From NCBI RefSeq assembly GCF_006345805.1, contig NC_043011.1, forward strand, positions 32,314,464 to 32,378,463: DNA of 64,000 nt, given 5' to 3'. Numbering within the stretch: position 1 is the stretch's first letter; each line of letters begins with the position of its first letter. The notes under the pieces were generated by a model. The model made no database searches, was not told the DNA's origin, and worked only from the letters and a program-made list of their open reading frames with translations. The DNA comes from Octopus sinensis. Taxonomy: Eukaryota. Positions 1 to 13,000 of this stretch are shown here, in pieces. The translations under genes and the position numbers were made by a program.

Positions 1-2627
1 GGAGAGAAATGTGTTCGCATGGAGGATGGTTCACTTGCGCTAAATGAGGATGCAAAGAGAGAAGCTTGGAGACGCCACTATGAAAGGTTACTGAATGAGG
101 AAAATGAATGGGATAAAGAGAGTCTGCCGAATGTTGACCCTACAGAGGGACCAGCTATCCGAGTTGATAGTTCCGTGGTAGCTAAGGCAATTAGAAGCAT
201 GAAGACAGGGAAAGCCCCAGGCCCATCAGGAATTACTGCAGAGATGCTCAAAATATCTGGCAGTGTCGGCTATAACCTAGTCACCCGTATAGTCAACCAG
301 GTGATACACGAAGGAGTCATACCCAATGACTGGTGCAGCAGCATACTAGTCAACTGCTACAAAGGTAAAGTGATGCCCTAGATACAAATAATTACAGAGG
401 TATCAAGCTGTTGGATCAAGTAATGAAGGTTACGGAGAGGGTCATAGCCCAACTAATTAGAGAGAGAGTTAGTTTAGATGAGATGCAGTTTGGGTTCGTG
501 CCAGGGAAAAGTACCACTGATGCTATATTCCTGGTAAGGCAGCTGCAGGAGAAATACCTAGCCAAAGATAAGCCCCTGTACCTGGCTTTCGTTGACATGG
601 AGAAAGCTTTTGATAGGGTCCCCCGATCCCTTATCTGGTGGTCAATGAGGAAACTAGGGATAGATGAATGGCTGGTGAGGACTGTGCAAGCCATGTACAG
701 AGATGCCGTAAGTAAGGTTAGGGTTGGCAACATGTACACAGAAGAATTCAAAGTAGAGGTTGGGGTCCACCAGGGTTCAGTACTCAGCCCCCTCCTATTT
801 ATCATAGTACTCCAGGCAATTACGGAGGAATTCAAGACAGGCTGTCCCTGGGAGCTCCTCTACGCTGACGACCTTGCTCTTATTGCTGAGTCACTATCAG
901 AACTGGAGGAGAAGTTCCAGGTGTGGAAGGAGGGTTTAGAATCAAGGGGCCTTAGAGTCAACCTAGCTAAAACCAAAGAAAGGTAGACAATCCACAAATA
1001 TCTTCAGGAAGATGGCCCTGCTCGATCTGTAGAAAAGGTGTAGGTAGAAACTCTATAAGATGTACCCAGTGTAAGCTATGGACACATAAGAGGTGCAGCA
1101 ATGTCAAAGGTAGGCTAACTGGGAAGATAGTTTTTGTATGTGGCAGATGCTCGGGAGCATTAACCTCCGAAAATCTGCAGAAAACAACTTCCGTCACTTT
1201 CCAGGGGGAAAAACTAGAAGTAGTTGATAGCTTCCGTTATCTAGGTGACCAAGTCAGTAGTGGGGGTGGGTGCGCTGAAAGTGTAACTGCTAGAATAAGA
1301 ATAGCCTGGGCAAAGTTTAGGGAGCTCTTACCTCTGCTGGTGACTAAAGGCCTCTCGCTCAGAGTAAAAGGCAGACTGTATGATGCGTGTGTACGAACAG
1401 CCATGCTACATGGCAGCGAAACATGGGCCGTGACTGCTGAGGACATGCGTAAGCTCGTGAGGAATGAAGCCAGTATGCTCCGATGGATGTGTAATGTCAG
1501 TGTACATACTCGACAGAGCGTTAGCACCTTGAGAGAAATGTTGTACCTAAGAAGCATCAGTTGTGGTGTGCAAGAGAGACGATTGCGCTGGTATGGTCAT
1601 GTGGCGAGAATGGATGAAGATAGGTGTGTGAGAAAGTGCCAATCCCTAGCAGTTGAGGGAACCCGTGGAAGAGGTAGACCCAGGAAAACCTGGGACGAGG
1701 TGGTGAAGCACGACCTTCGAACTTTAGGCCTCACTGAGGAAATGACCAGAGACCGAGACCTTTGGAAATATTCTGTACGTGAGAAGACCAGGCAGGACAA
1801 GTGAGCCCAGCCCACTTATGAATGCCTTTCCTCCCTTGGACACAAAGACCGGTTGAGGCAAGCGAAGTCGATATAGAACCTCATCCGACGACAGACACCC
1901 ATGCCAACCCCCCATGCTTGCGAAGACATGTTGGGGCAAGCGAAATCGAAATCGAAACCGAATTGAACCAGCCAGGATCCCTGGCCTGGTGGTACGTAAA
2001 AAGCACTATCCGACTCGTGGCCGTGGCACGTAAAATACTCCAATGCGACCGTACGACAGGCACCCATGCCAACCCCCTTTGCTTGTGAAGACATGTTGGG
2101 GCAAGCGAAATCGAAATCGAATTGAACCAGCCAGGATCCCTGGTCTGGTGGTACGTAAAAAGCACTATCCGACTCGTGGCCGTGGCACGTAAAATACTCC
2201 AATGCGACCGTACGACAGGCACCCATGCCAACCCCCTTTGCTTGTGAAGACATGTTGGGGCAAGCGAAATCGAAATCGAATTGAACCAGCCAGGATCCCT
2301 GGTCTGGTGGTACGTAAAAAGCACTATCCGACTCGTGGCCGATGCCAGCACCGCCTCGACTGGCTTCCGTGCCGGTGGCACATAAAATACACCAATCTGA
2401 CCGTGGCCGTTGCCAGCCCCGCCTGGCACCTGTGCAGGTGGCACGTAAAAAGCACCCACTACACTCACGGAGTGGTTGGCGTTAGGAAGGGCATCCAGCT
2501 GTAGAAACATTGCCAGATTAGACTGGAGCCTGGTGCAGCCTTCTGGCTTCCCAGAACCCCGGTCGAACCGTCCAACCCATGCTAGCATGGAGAACGGACG
2601 TTAAACGACGATGATGATGATGATGAT
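1..2627 (+). mobile_element. RTE-clade LINE, cut by the window start: frameshifted RT ORF (1-1804) plus long 3' UTR ending in (GAT)n
   Basis: ORFs 19-381, 411-986 and 1340-1804 give RT motifs ([59 protein letters not shown]). Frameshifts at ~370 and ~978. (GAT)n tail at ~2608-2627. Confidence 0.93.
1896..2341 (+). repeat. ~160-bp tandem repeat (~2.7 copies) in the RTE 3' UTR
   Basis: Unit start cacccatgccaacccc recurs at 1896, 2061 and 2220. Confidence 0.9.
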
Positions 2628-2930
2628 ACACACATACAAACATAAACATATACATGTATGTATATCTATCTATCTGTATATGCATACATGTTTGAATATA
2701 TACGTATATGTGTGTGTATAAATATTTATATATATATGTATGTATATATATGTAGGTATGTATATATATATATATATATATATATAAATATATATATATG
2801 TATGTATATATATGTAAGTATGTATATATATATATATATATTATATATATATATATATGCATGCATATGTGTATGTATATATAATGTCACATATATATAT
2901 ATATGTGTGTGTGTGTGTCGGTAGGTATGT
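2628..2930. repeat. (TA)n/(TG)n microsatellite
   Basis: Seen directly; it generates the spurious YI/CV-rich ORFs. Confidence 0.95.
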
Positions 2931-3481
2931 ACATCTCTTGTCCACCATCTCATACCAAACAGCATGCATAATAATCACACAAGTTTCATTTGAGCATTAC
3001 ACTCAACTCCTACCTTCAGAATGTGATGGATTTTCTCCAGTTTTAATCTACAATAAGAATATTAATTTCATTCATTACTCCAGCCCCACCCCACCCACCA
3101 CCATCACTACCCACCCCACCAATTGCTTCCTCTTATTCAAAATTACTGTCACTCTTTTGTTTAAACTACCCTAAGTGTTCTGGATTGTCTATAATGTATA
3201 GTGTAAATTAACTACAGTGCTCCATCACTTTCATAGCTATAATTAAATCTGCGCTAATTATACATAATGATGTTCAAAAATTAACTGGTGAAAACAAAGC
3301 ACCCAGTATGTATGTGTAGATTATAAAATTGATTCTTATGAAGAAAAGGTTGATAGTGACTTCAAAGTTTTGCCAGACTGTTAAGCTGATCACCAGTGAA
3401 ATTTCTAAGTTAATACACACACACACACATACATTCACATATATACACACATATGAATATATCTACCTACATACCTAACTC

Positions 3482-3630
3482 TATGTATGTATGTATTTAC
3501 GTATGTATGTATGTATATATGTATGTATGAATGCATGCATACATGTATGTATGTATGTATGAATGCATGCATACATGTATGTATGTATGTATGTATGTAT
3601 GTATGCATGCATACATGTATGTATGTATCT
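3482..3630. repeat. (TATG)n microsatellite
   Basis: Seen directly. Confidence 0.9.
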
Positions 3631-3764
3631 ATTTATTTATCTATGTAACTGTCTACTTGTGTGTCTGTCTGTTTGTCTATCAAGCATGTGTGTGTAGAAT
3701 TTTTTCTTGATTCACCAAGAAGCAATAAATTACCTGATTCAATACATAAATATAGAGTATTTCT

Positions 3765-4203
3765 TTTTTTTTTCTTTTTACTTGTTTCAGTAATTTGACT
3801 GCGGCCATGCTGGAGCACCGCCTTATTCTTTTATAGTAATGGCTTTAAATTTTGGCACAAAGCCAGGAATTTCTGGGTAGGGAATACCCCACGACTTAGT
3901 CTTTGTAAGCCTAGTACTTATTCTATCAGTCTATTTTGTCGAACCGCTAAGTTACGGGGACGTGAACACACCAACATCGGTTGTCAAGAGATGGTGGAGG
4001 GACAAACACAGACACACACATATATATATAGACATATATACGATGGTCTTCTTTCAGTTTCTGTCTACCAAATCCACTCACAAGGCTTTGGTCGGCCCGA
4101 GGCTATAGCAGAAGACACTTCTCCAAGGTGCCATGCAGTGGGACTGAACCCAGAGCCATGTGGTTCATAAGTAAGCTACTTACCACACAGCCACTCCTGC
4201 TCC
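3765..4203 (-). mobile_element. tRNA-derived SINE, family A (head ggcgcaggagtggctgtgtggtaag...ggttcagtccc, internal microsatellite, tail gactgaaacaagtaaaag)
   Basis: Pol III A/B-box-like head; many related copies elsewhere in the window. Confidence 0.85.
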
Positions 4204-5139
4204 TATTCATCAATATCATAAGTGAAAAAAAGGAGGCAAGAATCATTAGCATGCCAGGCAAAATGTTTAGTGCTATTTCCTCTGTCTTTACATTCCGAGT
4301 TCAAATTCTGCTGAGGTCAACTTTACCTTTCATCGTCGATAAAATAAGCACCAGTTAAGCACTGGTATTGATATAATAAAGTATTCCCTCCCCAGAAATT
4401 TCTGGCTTTGTGCCAAGATTTGAAGCCATTACTATAACTGAGAGGAAGGACGCAAGAGTCCTTAACATGTTGGGCAAAATGCTTAGTACCATTTCATTTG
4501 TCTTTACATTGTTAGTTCAAATTCTGTTGAGGTTGACATTGCTTTCATCGTTACAAGGTTGATAACATAAGTACCAGTTAAGCACTTGACGTTATCGACT
4601 TACTGCCTGGAAATTGGTGACTATGAGCCAAAATTTGAAGCCAGTATTATAACCGAAAGGCTCTCAATTTTTTCTATTTTGATTTTCATATTTCAAACTC
4701 TTTCAGTCAGTAATCTGAGTTGTTTTCTCTTGAATTATCTACTGTTTGAATATATTTTGAAATAATAATAATAATAATAATAACAATAATAATAATAATA
4801 ATAATTGTCGTCGTTGTTGTTCAATGTCCGTGTTCCATGCTAGCATAGGCAGGATGGTGTCACAAGAGTCAGCCAGGCTGAAGCCTGTACTAGATTCTGT
4901 GTTTTGGCAGGGTTTTTGTAGCTTAATGCTATTCCTAACACCAGCCACTCAGCAGAGTGAATTTAGTGCTTTTTACGTAGCACAAGCATAGGTGAGGTGA
5001 GTAGTGCTTTTTACGTGGCACAAACACAGGCAAGGTCAGTTTTGGCAAGGTTTTTACAGCTGGATGCCCTTTCGAACACCAACCACTTTACAGTGTGTAC
5101 TGGGTGCTTTTAAGTGGCACCTGCACTGTCAGATCGTTG

Positions 5140-5548
5140 CCAGGGCCATGGACTAGCTCCCATGCCGGTGGCATGTAAAAAGCATCATTTGAGCATGATC
5201 ATTGCCAGCGTTGCCTTACTGGCAAATGAGGTGGTGTCACGTGAAAAACAACATTTGAGTGAGGTCATTGCCAGTGCTGTCGGACTGGCTCCCGTGCAAG
5301 TAGCACATAAAAAATCCCTTTTGAGCATGGTCGTTGTCAGAACCGCCTGACTGGCCCTTGTGCCAGTGGCTCATAAAAGCACCCACAACACTCTCGGAGT
5401 GATTGGCATTAGGAAGGGCATCCAACTGTAGAAACTTTGGCAGATCAGACTGGAGCCTGGTGCAGCCTTCTGGCTCACCAGTCCTCAGTCAAACTGTCCA
5501 ACCCATGCCAGCATGGAAAGTGGATGTTAAACGACGACGATGATGATG
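5140..5548 (+). mobile_element. RTE 3'-UTR-only fragment with hairpin units and (GAT)n tail
   Basis: Matches 2300-2627. Confidence 0.85.
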
Positions 5549-8500
5549 CTCTAATCTTTTAGTGTGAGCTTCTTTTTTGAATATATGAACTACTGACAAT
5601 ATGTATGTATGCATGTATATATCTCTGTCTGTGTGTATCTTTATGTTTGTCCTCCACTACTACTTGACAACTTGTGTTTTTGTTTATGTCCATGCAACTT
5701 ATTAGCAAAACAGAATAACTACTTATGTTGTGTCTGGGGAGAGTCATATTGTCTTAATGCCTTATTATCTAACACACTCACTGGTTCGATTTTCGCTCAT
5801 ATATCTATATCTATAATCTTAATATATAAAACAGAGTTTTTGTGTGTGCAGGTATGTTCCTTATGGATTTGAAAACTGAGTTGCTGATTTTGATGTATAA
5901 GGTATCAAAAGATTCAGCAATCTTTCGGTTGCCAAATAAAGTATGTTTTTGGCACAACTCTTTTTTACTAAAAAAATAACCTCATAAATGAAGTCAGGTC
6001 GCACAATTTTGAGGTCTTTAGCTAAGGGAGGCAACTCTGCCTGAACAATTCTTATGTCTTAGATTGAGCATAATGAGAAAATGTTTAAAATATATGGAAT
6101 TTTACTAGGGAATGTAACTTCGGAGATATACAGTCAACTTTATTAGTATTATTTAGAAGATAATCTTCCAATGTGAAGTATGTTTGTCTGTGTTTTGTTT
6201 AGGCCAGAGTTGCCTCTGATGTAGCAGACTCATTGCATAGTTTTTTTTTTCTTCCTGAAATACTGTAAATCTGTGTTCTTCTGATGAAAGTATGTGTTTT
6301 AATAGAGATTTGGCTGCTATTTGCAGTAGCTCAAGTTACTACAGACACACCTCTGTGGATGTATCTGCATTTTGTTGTGGTGAAAAAATTACTTTTTCTC
6401 AGAATATTTTGCACAATAATATTTTAAGAAATCTTGACATCCTTCTTACTGCTAACGATTCAACTTGTTAATTTTTGTAAGTCAAGTACACTGAGATGTA
6501 CATATAGCCATTGTATAGAGTGGAAGTTCAATACGAAGTTTTGAACTCATTATCATGTGGTTAGTAATCTATTACCTTAAATATGAAGCCATTGAGTCAT
6601 TAAGTATTATTTTACTGGATTTAGTTTTACGACTGTCGCCATGATGGAGTATCACCTTCAAAAATGTAATGACCATACTGACCTCAGTATGTATTTCAAT
6701 CTGGCATTTATTTTATAGATCTCTGCTTGATGAACTGCTAACCTTGATACCTAGTGGGACACAATACTTGATTTAACAACAAACGTAAACACACACGTAT
6801 TAGGTACAAGAATGACTGTGTAATTGAGATGGTTTTAGGATCTAATTTTACATAGCATTTTCAAGTAAAAAAAAATCCTTCGTCTTACTCAAAGAACAGG
6901 GTCATTCCTACAACATTTAATGTCTCCCCGTTGTCACAGCAAAAAACTTTAGTCCACTTTTATAAACTATATTAGGCTTCAACAAATGTTACTAGACAAT
7001 CATTCACGCATGGCACAGATTATGAGGGTCACTAAAAAGACTTTTCAAGATCAAAGTTTTAGTCAGATTGAACAACTTCAAAGAGGGAAGAGGAAAAGAG
7101 GGTGTGAAAAAGTTAGTATACACAATACTGATAACAACTTGTGTGTGTTGATAAAAAGAAGGAAGAACCAAAAGAGATATTGACAGATAATATACAAACA
7201 GAGCAGATAGCCATATACTCCAGTATGTCAATATATGTAAATAGACAGACACCCAACCACATGGTTCCGGGTTCAGTCCCACTGCATGCACTTTGGGGAA
7301 GTGTCTTCTACTAAAGCCTAGGGCTGACCAAAGCCTTGCAAGTCGATTTAGTAGAGAGAGATTGAAAGAAACCCATCATATATATATATATATATTATTT
7401 ATATTGAGGGCATTACTATACAAAGTGGTTATTATAGTAGTTTTGACTTTAAGAGTCCCTCCTAGCATGAGGCATTTATGTATAGTAATGCCCTTAATAT
7501 AAATAAATATACTTATAGGGAATAATTAATAAATTTTTCCCTTATGAGGTTTTTCATGCTAACTACTTGATAAATTATTACAAAGATTTTATCCTATATT
7601 TAAAATATATATATATATAGATATATATTATTATTATTATTAATTGTAGTAGGGAATATAAAATTCCAAGGCAACAGGGGAAAACAAACTCAATTTAGTA
7701 ATACTAAATCAAATTTCACGATATATTATACATATGTAGAATTAAGATCGTTGGATCGAAGAAATATTAATCTTTGAGATTATCGATTTTGATATTGTTG
7801 ATTTAAATATATCATTACGAAACGCATGTTGTCGTTTTAATGTGTATTATTTAGTATAGTAATTTTTAGTACAATATTAATAATATATTTAAATTTATAA
7901 TTTATTATAGATAATATCTTTCATTATTAATTGAATTACTTTATGGAGGTTCTGTCTCTTAATTCTATATATATATATATATATATTTATCTATATGTGT
8001 ATGCCCTTGTGTTTATATCCCACCACTACTTGAAACCCGTGTTGGTGTGTTTTGCCCCCATAACTTAGCGGTTTGGTTAACGAGACTGACAGAATGAAAA
8101 TTAGGCTTAAAAAAAAAAGTCCTGGGATCGATTTTTTCGACTAAAAACTTTCAGATGCTGTGTATGTGTGTGTGGCAGGGGGTTGTGTCTGTGTTTGTTC
8201 CACACCACTGCTTGACAACTGGTGGTCATGTGTTTATGTCCTTGTAACTTAGCGATTTGGCAAAAGAAGCCGATAGAATAAGTATGGGAAAGTTGACATT
8301 AAAACTATAATTAAGATATTTCATACATTCACACAGGCATAAGACCAGTTCTTGGACAGACTAAAGTAAACCTTGGAGAGAGAGAGGGAAGTCACTGAAA
8401 AGGTCGTGAGTTGCGATGAAAGAACTTTGACTGACAAACAACCAATTGATTGTTTAACCAGCACATTAAATAAAATGGTTGATTAGTTAGTTGGTTAGAT

Positions 8501-8738
8501 ATTCAACCAACTGATTAACAAATAAGAAGTGATACTGAACCAGTGCATGTGTCATTTATTATTGGTGCAACAACCCTCCCAAGACACAACAAAATAATTA
8601 TGATGATCTGTTTTAAACATAATTTATTAAATTCACTTGCATGGGGATAGACCAAAACGGAGATGGTTGGATGATATTGATAATCTCGGTTGGTCACTAC
8701 TGGGAATCCAAATGGAAAGTCCAATGATGGTTGCTTCT

Positions 8739-8974
8739 GACTGGACACTATGGAGGAGGTATCTGAGGACTGGACCCTATGGAGGAGGTGTCTGAGGACT
8801 GGAACCTATGGAGGAGGTGTCTGAGGACTGGACCCTATGGAGGAGGTGTCTGAGGACTGGACCCTATGGAGGAGGTGTCTGAGGACTGGACCCTATGGAG
8901 GAGGTATCTAAGAAATGGACCCTATGGAGGAGGTGTCTGAGGACAGGGTCCCATGGAGGAGATGTCTGAGGACT
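8739..8974. repeat. 29-bp minisatellite, ~8 copies (gactggaccctatggaggaggtgtctgag)
   Basis: Direct tandem units with few substitutions. Confidence 0.95.
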
Positions 8975-9059
8975 CTAACTTCACAACCATCCCAGGAATG
9001 GTAGGCAGAAGAAATGGATGGATGGATGGGAAATGAGAATCAGTACTGTAAGTTATTGA

Positions 9060-9500
9060 AACATATAACACTTATACTGTATAAAGCATATGCAGTAATG
9101 TACAAATATATAAAGCATATGCAGTAATGTACAAATGTCTGGGAAGTGATCAGTGTATGAGTCAGATACATGCTTGCGTGTGTATGGAGGGGAGAAAATC
9201 AGGTGTAGTGTTGGCAAATCTCAGGAATCATGGAAGTTTTGAAGGATGCAGTGCTCCGACAACTAACAACTGATGCCAGCAGTCTGTTCCATACTTCAGC
9301 AACTCTTAGCATGACACAATGTTTCCGAAAGTCATGGGAGCTGTGCTGTTTTCTGACTTTGTAAACTTGCCCACGGGTGTTAGACAGGTGGAGTTTGAAA
9401 AGGTGCTCAGAGTTATTGTTAGTAAGATGGTTAATAATTTTATGGGTGTCTGCCAAGTCAGCTGCCAGACGTCAAAGTTTCAATGTATCCAGTGGAGGAG
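9060..9500 (-). mobile_element. CR1-clade LINE 3' fragment
   Basis: TRGQVYK...RVAEVWNRL...SFK; homologous to 10558-11037. Confidence 0.8.
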
Positions 9501-10014
9501 ACCTTAAGAATACACACACCCTTATGTCCACTTTAGCGGGCAGAATGTGTGGACAACCAGTAGAATTAAGATTAAAACCTGTCAAACGATGGAAAACCCT
9601 CTCACGGAGAAGTCAAAGTTCATCTGTACCTTGAGAGGAAATATGTGTTGGCAGTCATCTGTCAATCAAAACATTACATGGTGAGATGAGATGGCCAATG
9701 TCTGTTGCCATAGTGGATCAGTTAGGGTCTTGGAGTTGATGACTGGTAAAGACGGGAGGTGAGGAAGAGAGATATTATCTCTAGTTGTATGCGTACATCA
9801 GTCTTCTTAGGCAACAGGTTTTGATGGACTAAAGGACACTGAAGGACACATCATGGTACCAAAGATAGGATACAAACAATGGATGCTTCTGAAGACAGCC
9901 TCACATCCAATCAATTTGGTCAGTCGGCAATTTTCAAACTGACTTGTTAGTTCTATAAGACAAGACCAAAATGGTATGTGACAGTGATCTATAAAAAAAC
10001 TGAAATATGTATTT

Positions 10015-13000
10015 TCATTTCTTCTCTGCAACAATTATGATATTTCGTGGAGAAATCTGTTCATTAAACAATGGTATCAAATACGCTCGACATCCATTTT
10101 CTTGGAGAAAGGCCAGACGGTCATAGTGAATCAAGGTTTCCAGAACGGGTTGTAACAAAACCTGCAAACACTGGAAGAAAAAGAGGTAAAACAAGGCAGA
10201 TTAATGGCAGGGCATAGAAAAAAAATGAGAAAGAACCATCATTATAGAAGTTTGACATATTTCAGATGCAACAAAAAAACCTTTAATCAACTGTTCCTAT
10301 CATTTATTGAAAGGAGACTGGAAAAACTTTCTGCCTTATCTTAAAGTAAGAAAACCAAAAATATTCTCTTACGATAAAGCACCTGTGCCGGTTCCATGCA
10401 TAAAGCGCCTGTGCAAATGCCACTTATATATCACTTGCGCTGGTACCATATATAAAGCACCCGTACCAGTGTCACATATAAGGTACCTGTGCTGGTGCTG
10501 TGTATAAAGCACCTGCACTAGTATCATGTAAAAAGTATCCAGTTCGCATCATCAGTTTGGAACCCCTATCTTGCACAGAACATTGACCTCCTGGAATCTG
10601 TCCAGAGACGTGCAACCAAACGCATACCCTCCATCAGACACCTACCATATTCTGAGCGCCTTGTTTCCCTGGGCATGGATTCACTGAAGCTCCGGCGTTT
10701 GGCGACGGACTTGGTAAACACCCACAAAGTTATCAACCACCTCACCAACAACAACACTGAACACCTTTTTGATCTCCATGTGTCTAACACACGTGGACAT
10801 GCCTACAAAGTCAGAAAACAATACAGCTCCCATGACTTTCGGAAACATTTTTTCACGCTCAGAGTTGCTGAAGCATGGAATAAACTGCCTGCGTCAGTTG
10901 TTGACTGCCATGACACTGCATCTTTTAAGGCCCTCATGCTTTCCGAAATCCGCCGAAACTTCACCTGATTATATATACACTTTAGATGAGTTGTAGTGCA
11001 CCTGAGCACTGTACACAATTATTATTATTATTATTATTTACTCTGTAGAGTGGATGACATTAGGAAGGGCATCCAGCTGTAGCAATCATGCCAAAACAGA
11101 CAATTGAGCATGGTTAGCTCTCTGGCTGGCCAGCTCCTATCAAACTGTCTAACCAATGCCAGCATGGAAGACGGACATTAAATGATGATGATGGTGTTCA
11201 AAGCACTCTGAACATAACAATAAAAATAAAATAACAAATCGATGAAATTGAAATCAAATTTGATGAGTGGCATCTGTGCTAGTGGAGCGCTAAGAGCACC
11301 ATCCAAGCGTGATCGTTGCCAGAGCAGCTGACTGGCTTCCGTGCTGGTGGCACATAAAAAGCATCATTCAAGCGTGATCATTACCTGTGTCACCTTACTG
11401 GCACTTGTTCTGGTGGCACATGAAAAACATTTGAGTGAGGTCGTTGCCAGTGCTGCTGGACTGGTCCCTGTGCAGGTGGCACGTAAAAAACACCATTTGA
11501 GCATGGCCATTGCCAGTACCGCCTGACTGGCCCTCATGCTGGTGGCATGTAAAATTACCCACTACACGGAGTGGTTGGCGTTAAGAAGGGCATCCAGCTG
11601 TCGAAACTCTGCCAGATCAGATTGGAGCCTGGCGCAACCATTTGGTTCGCCAGTCCTCAGTCAAATCGTCCAACCCATGCTAGCATGGAAAGTGAACATT
11701 AAACGATGATGATGATGATGATGATGATACTTAATTTATTTTAGTAATTCTGAAAGAAAGTAGAGAGAGAACTTACTGTTATTGGTTCTATAAACTGGAA
11801 ATTAGTCTGGTTGTCTGCGAATAGCTGGAGAAACTCCTTGCTAAGGTAATGTGCACGATCTTCTGACATTTCATAAAAATAGAAGAGAAATTACATCAGA
11901 ATATTGAGCCTTCAGCTTGTAATTCAGTCACATCCAGCCCAAATATTCTACCTGTTTTATGTTCAAACTGACCTGATCCTATCTTTCACACCTATCATAC
12001 AATGTTGTTCTAAAAATATACAAACACACTGTTGAAATCTTGAAGCTACAATGTAATATATGACTAATTCAAAACCATGAGAACAAATAAGAAATAATTT
12101 GACAAAGAAATCTGAATGCTATCATGTCCAGTAAATTCACTGTCATCAGTTCACTGCTGGGAAAGTTCACCATTATCAATTCACTGCAGGGGAAAGTTCA
12201 CCGTAAGGAGCATTCACTGCGAAGAACATTCACTGTGAAGAAAGTTCACAAAAAATAGTTTACACAGAGATAAGTTCACAGTAAAAGAATAAAAAAGCCT
12301 TATTTTTTAACTCTAATGTTCATGGTGAATTGATAGCAGCAAACTCCCATGCATTGAACTGATGGTGGTGAACTTATCTGTAATTGAATGCTAAAGGGTG
12401 AATCATGCTACAGAAAGTGAGTGAATACACAAAATACTCATGTCTTTTAACAAATGTATAGGTTGGTCTATGTGATGATGTTTGGCTGAGTGGTTAGGCT
12501 GTTGGACTCATGATGATAAGGTTGCAAGTTCAGCTCCCTGTCTGGGCAGTGTATTATGTCTTGAGCAAAGCACAAGTTAACTTAGCATAAAATGGGTTTC
12601 AGTTATTGTAGAATAGTTGCTGTAAGTCTTTAAAATGCAAGATGTTAAGAGAACTTTGATGGCTACAGCACACTGGCTGGTGATAGATCTGACAGACTCA
12701 TGAAATGAGAAATGGTGTGCTGTGATGTTTATGTATCTTCCAAGAAATTTGGCAGCGTAAGAGGAATTAAATCACTTCATCTAAAAACCTAAATCAAATT
12801 GCAGAGTTGATTTAATTATTGCTTTCAAATTTTGGCACAAGGTCAGAGGAAAAGGTCAGTTAAATCGACACTAATGCTCAATGGGTACTTAATTTATCGA
12901 CCTCGAAAGTATGAAAGGCAGAGTCGACTTTAGTGGAATTTGAACCCAGAAGGTAGAGACAGATGAAATGCCACTAAGCAATTTGCCCGGTGTGCTAAAA

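Noticed and set aside
1816-2588. Long minus-strand ORFs with repeated peptides
   Set aside because: They are antisense readings of the RTE 3' UTR tandem repeat.
2518-3174. ORFs rich in YI, CV and HT repeats (also 43496, 45914, 47143-47688, 62846)
   Set aside because: These are translations of (TA)n/(TG)n microsatellites.
8739-8974. 29-bp repeat as a CRISPR array or coding repeat
   Set aside because: There are no unique spacers and the unit length is not a multiple of three.
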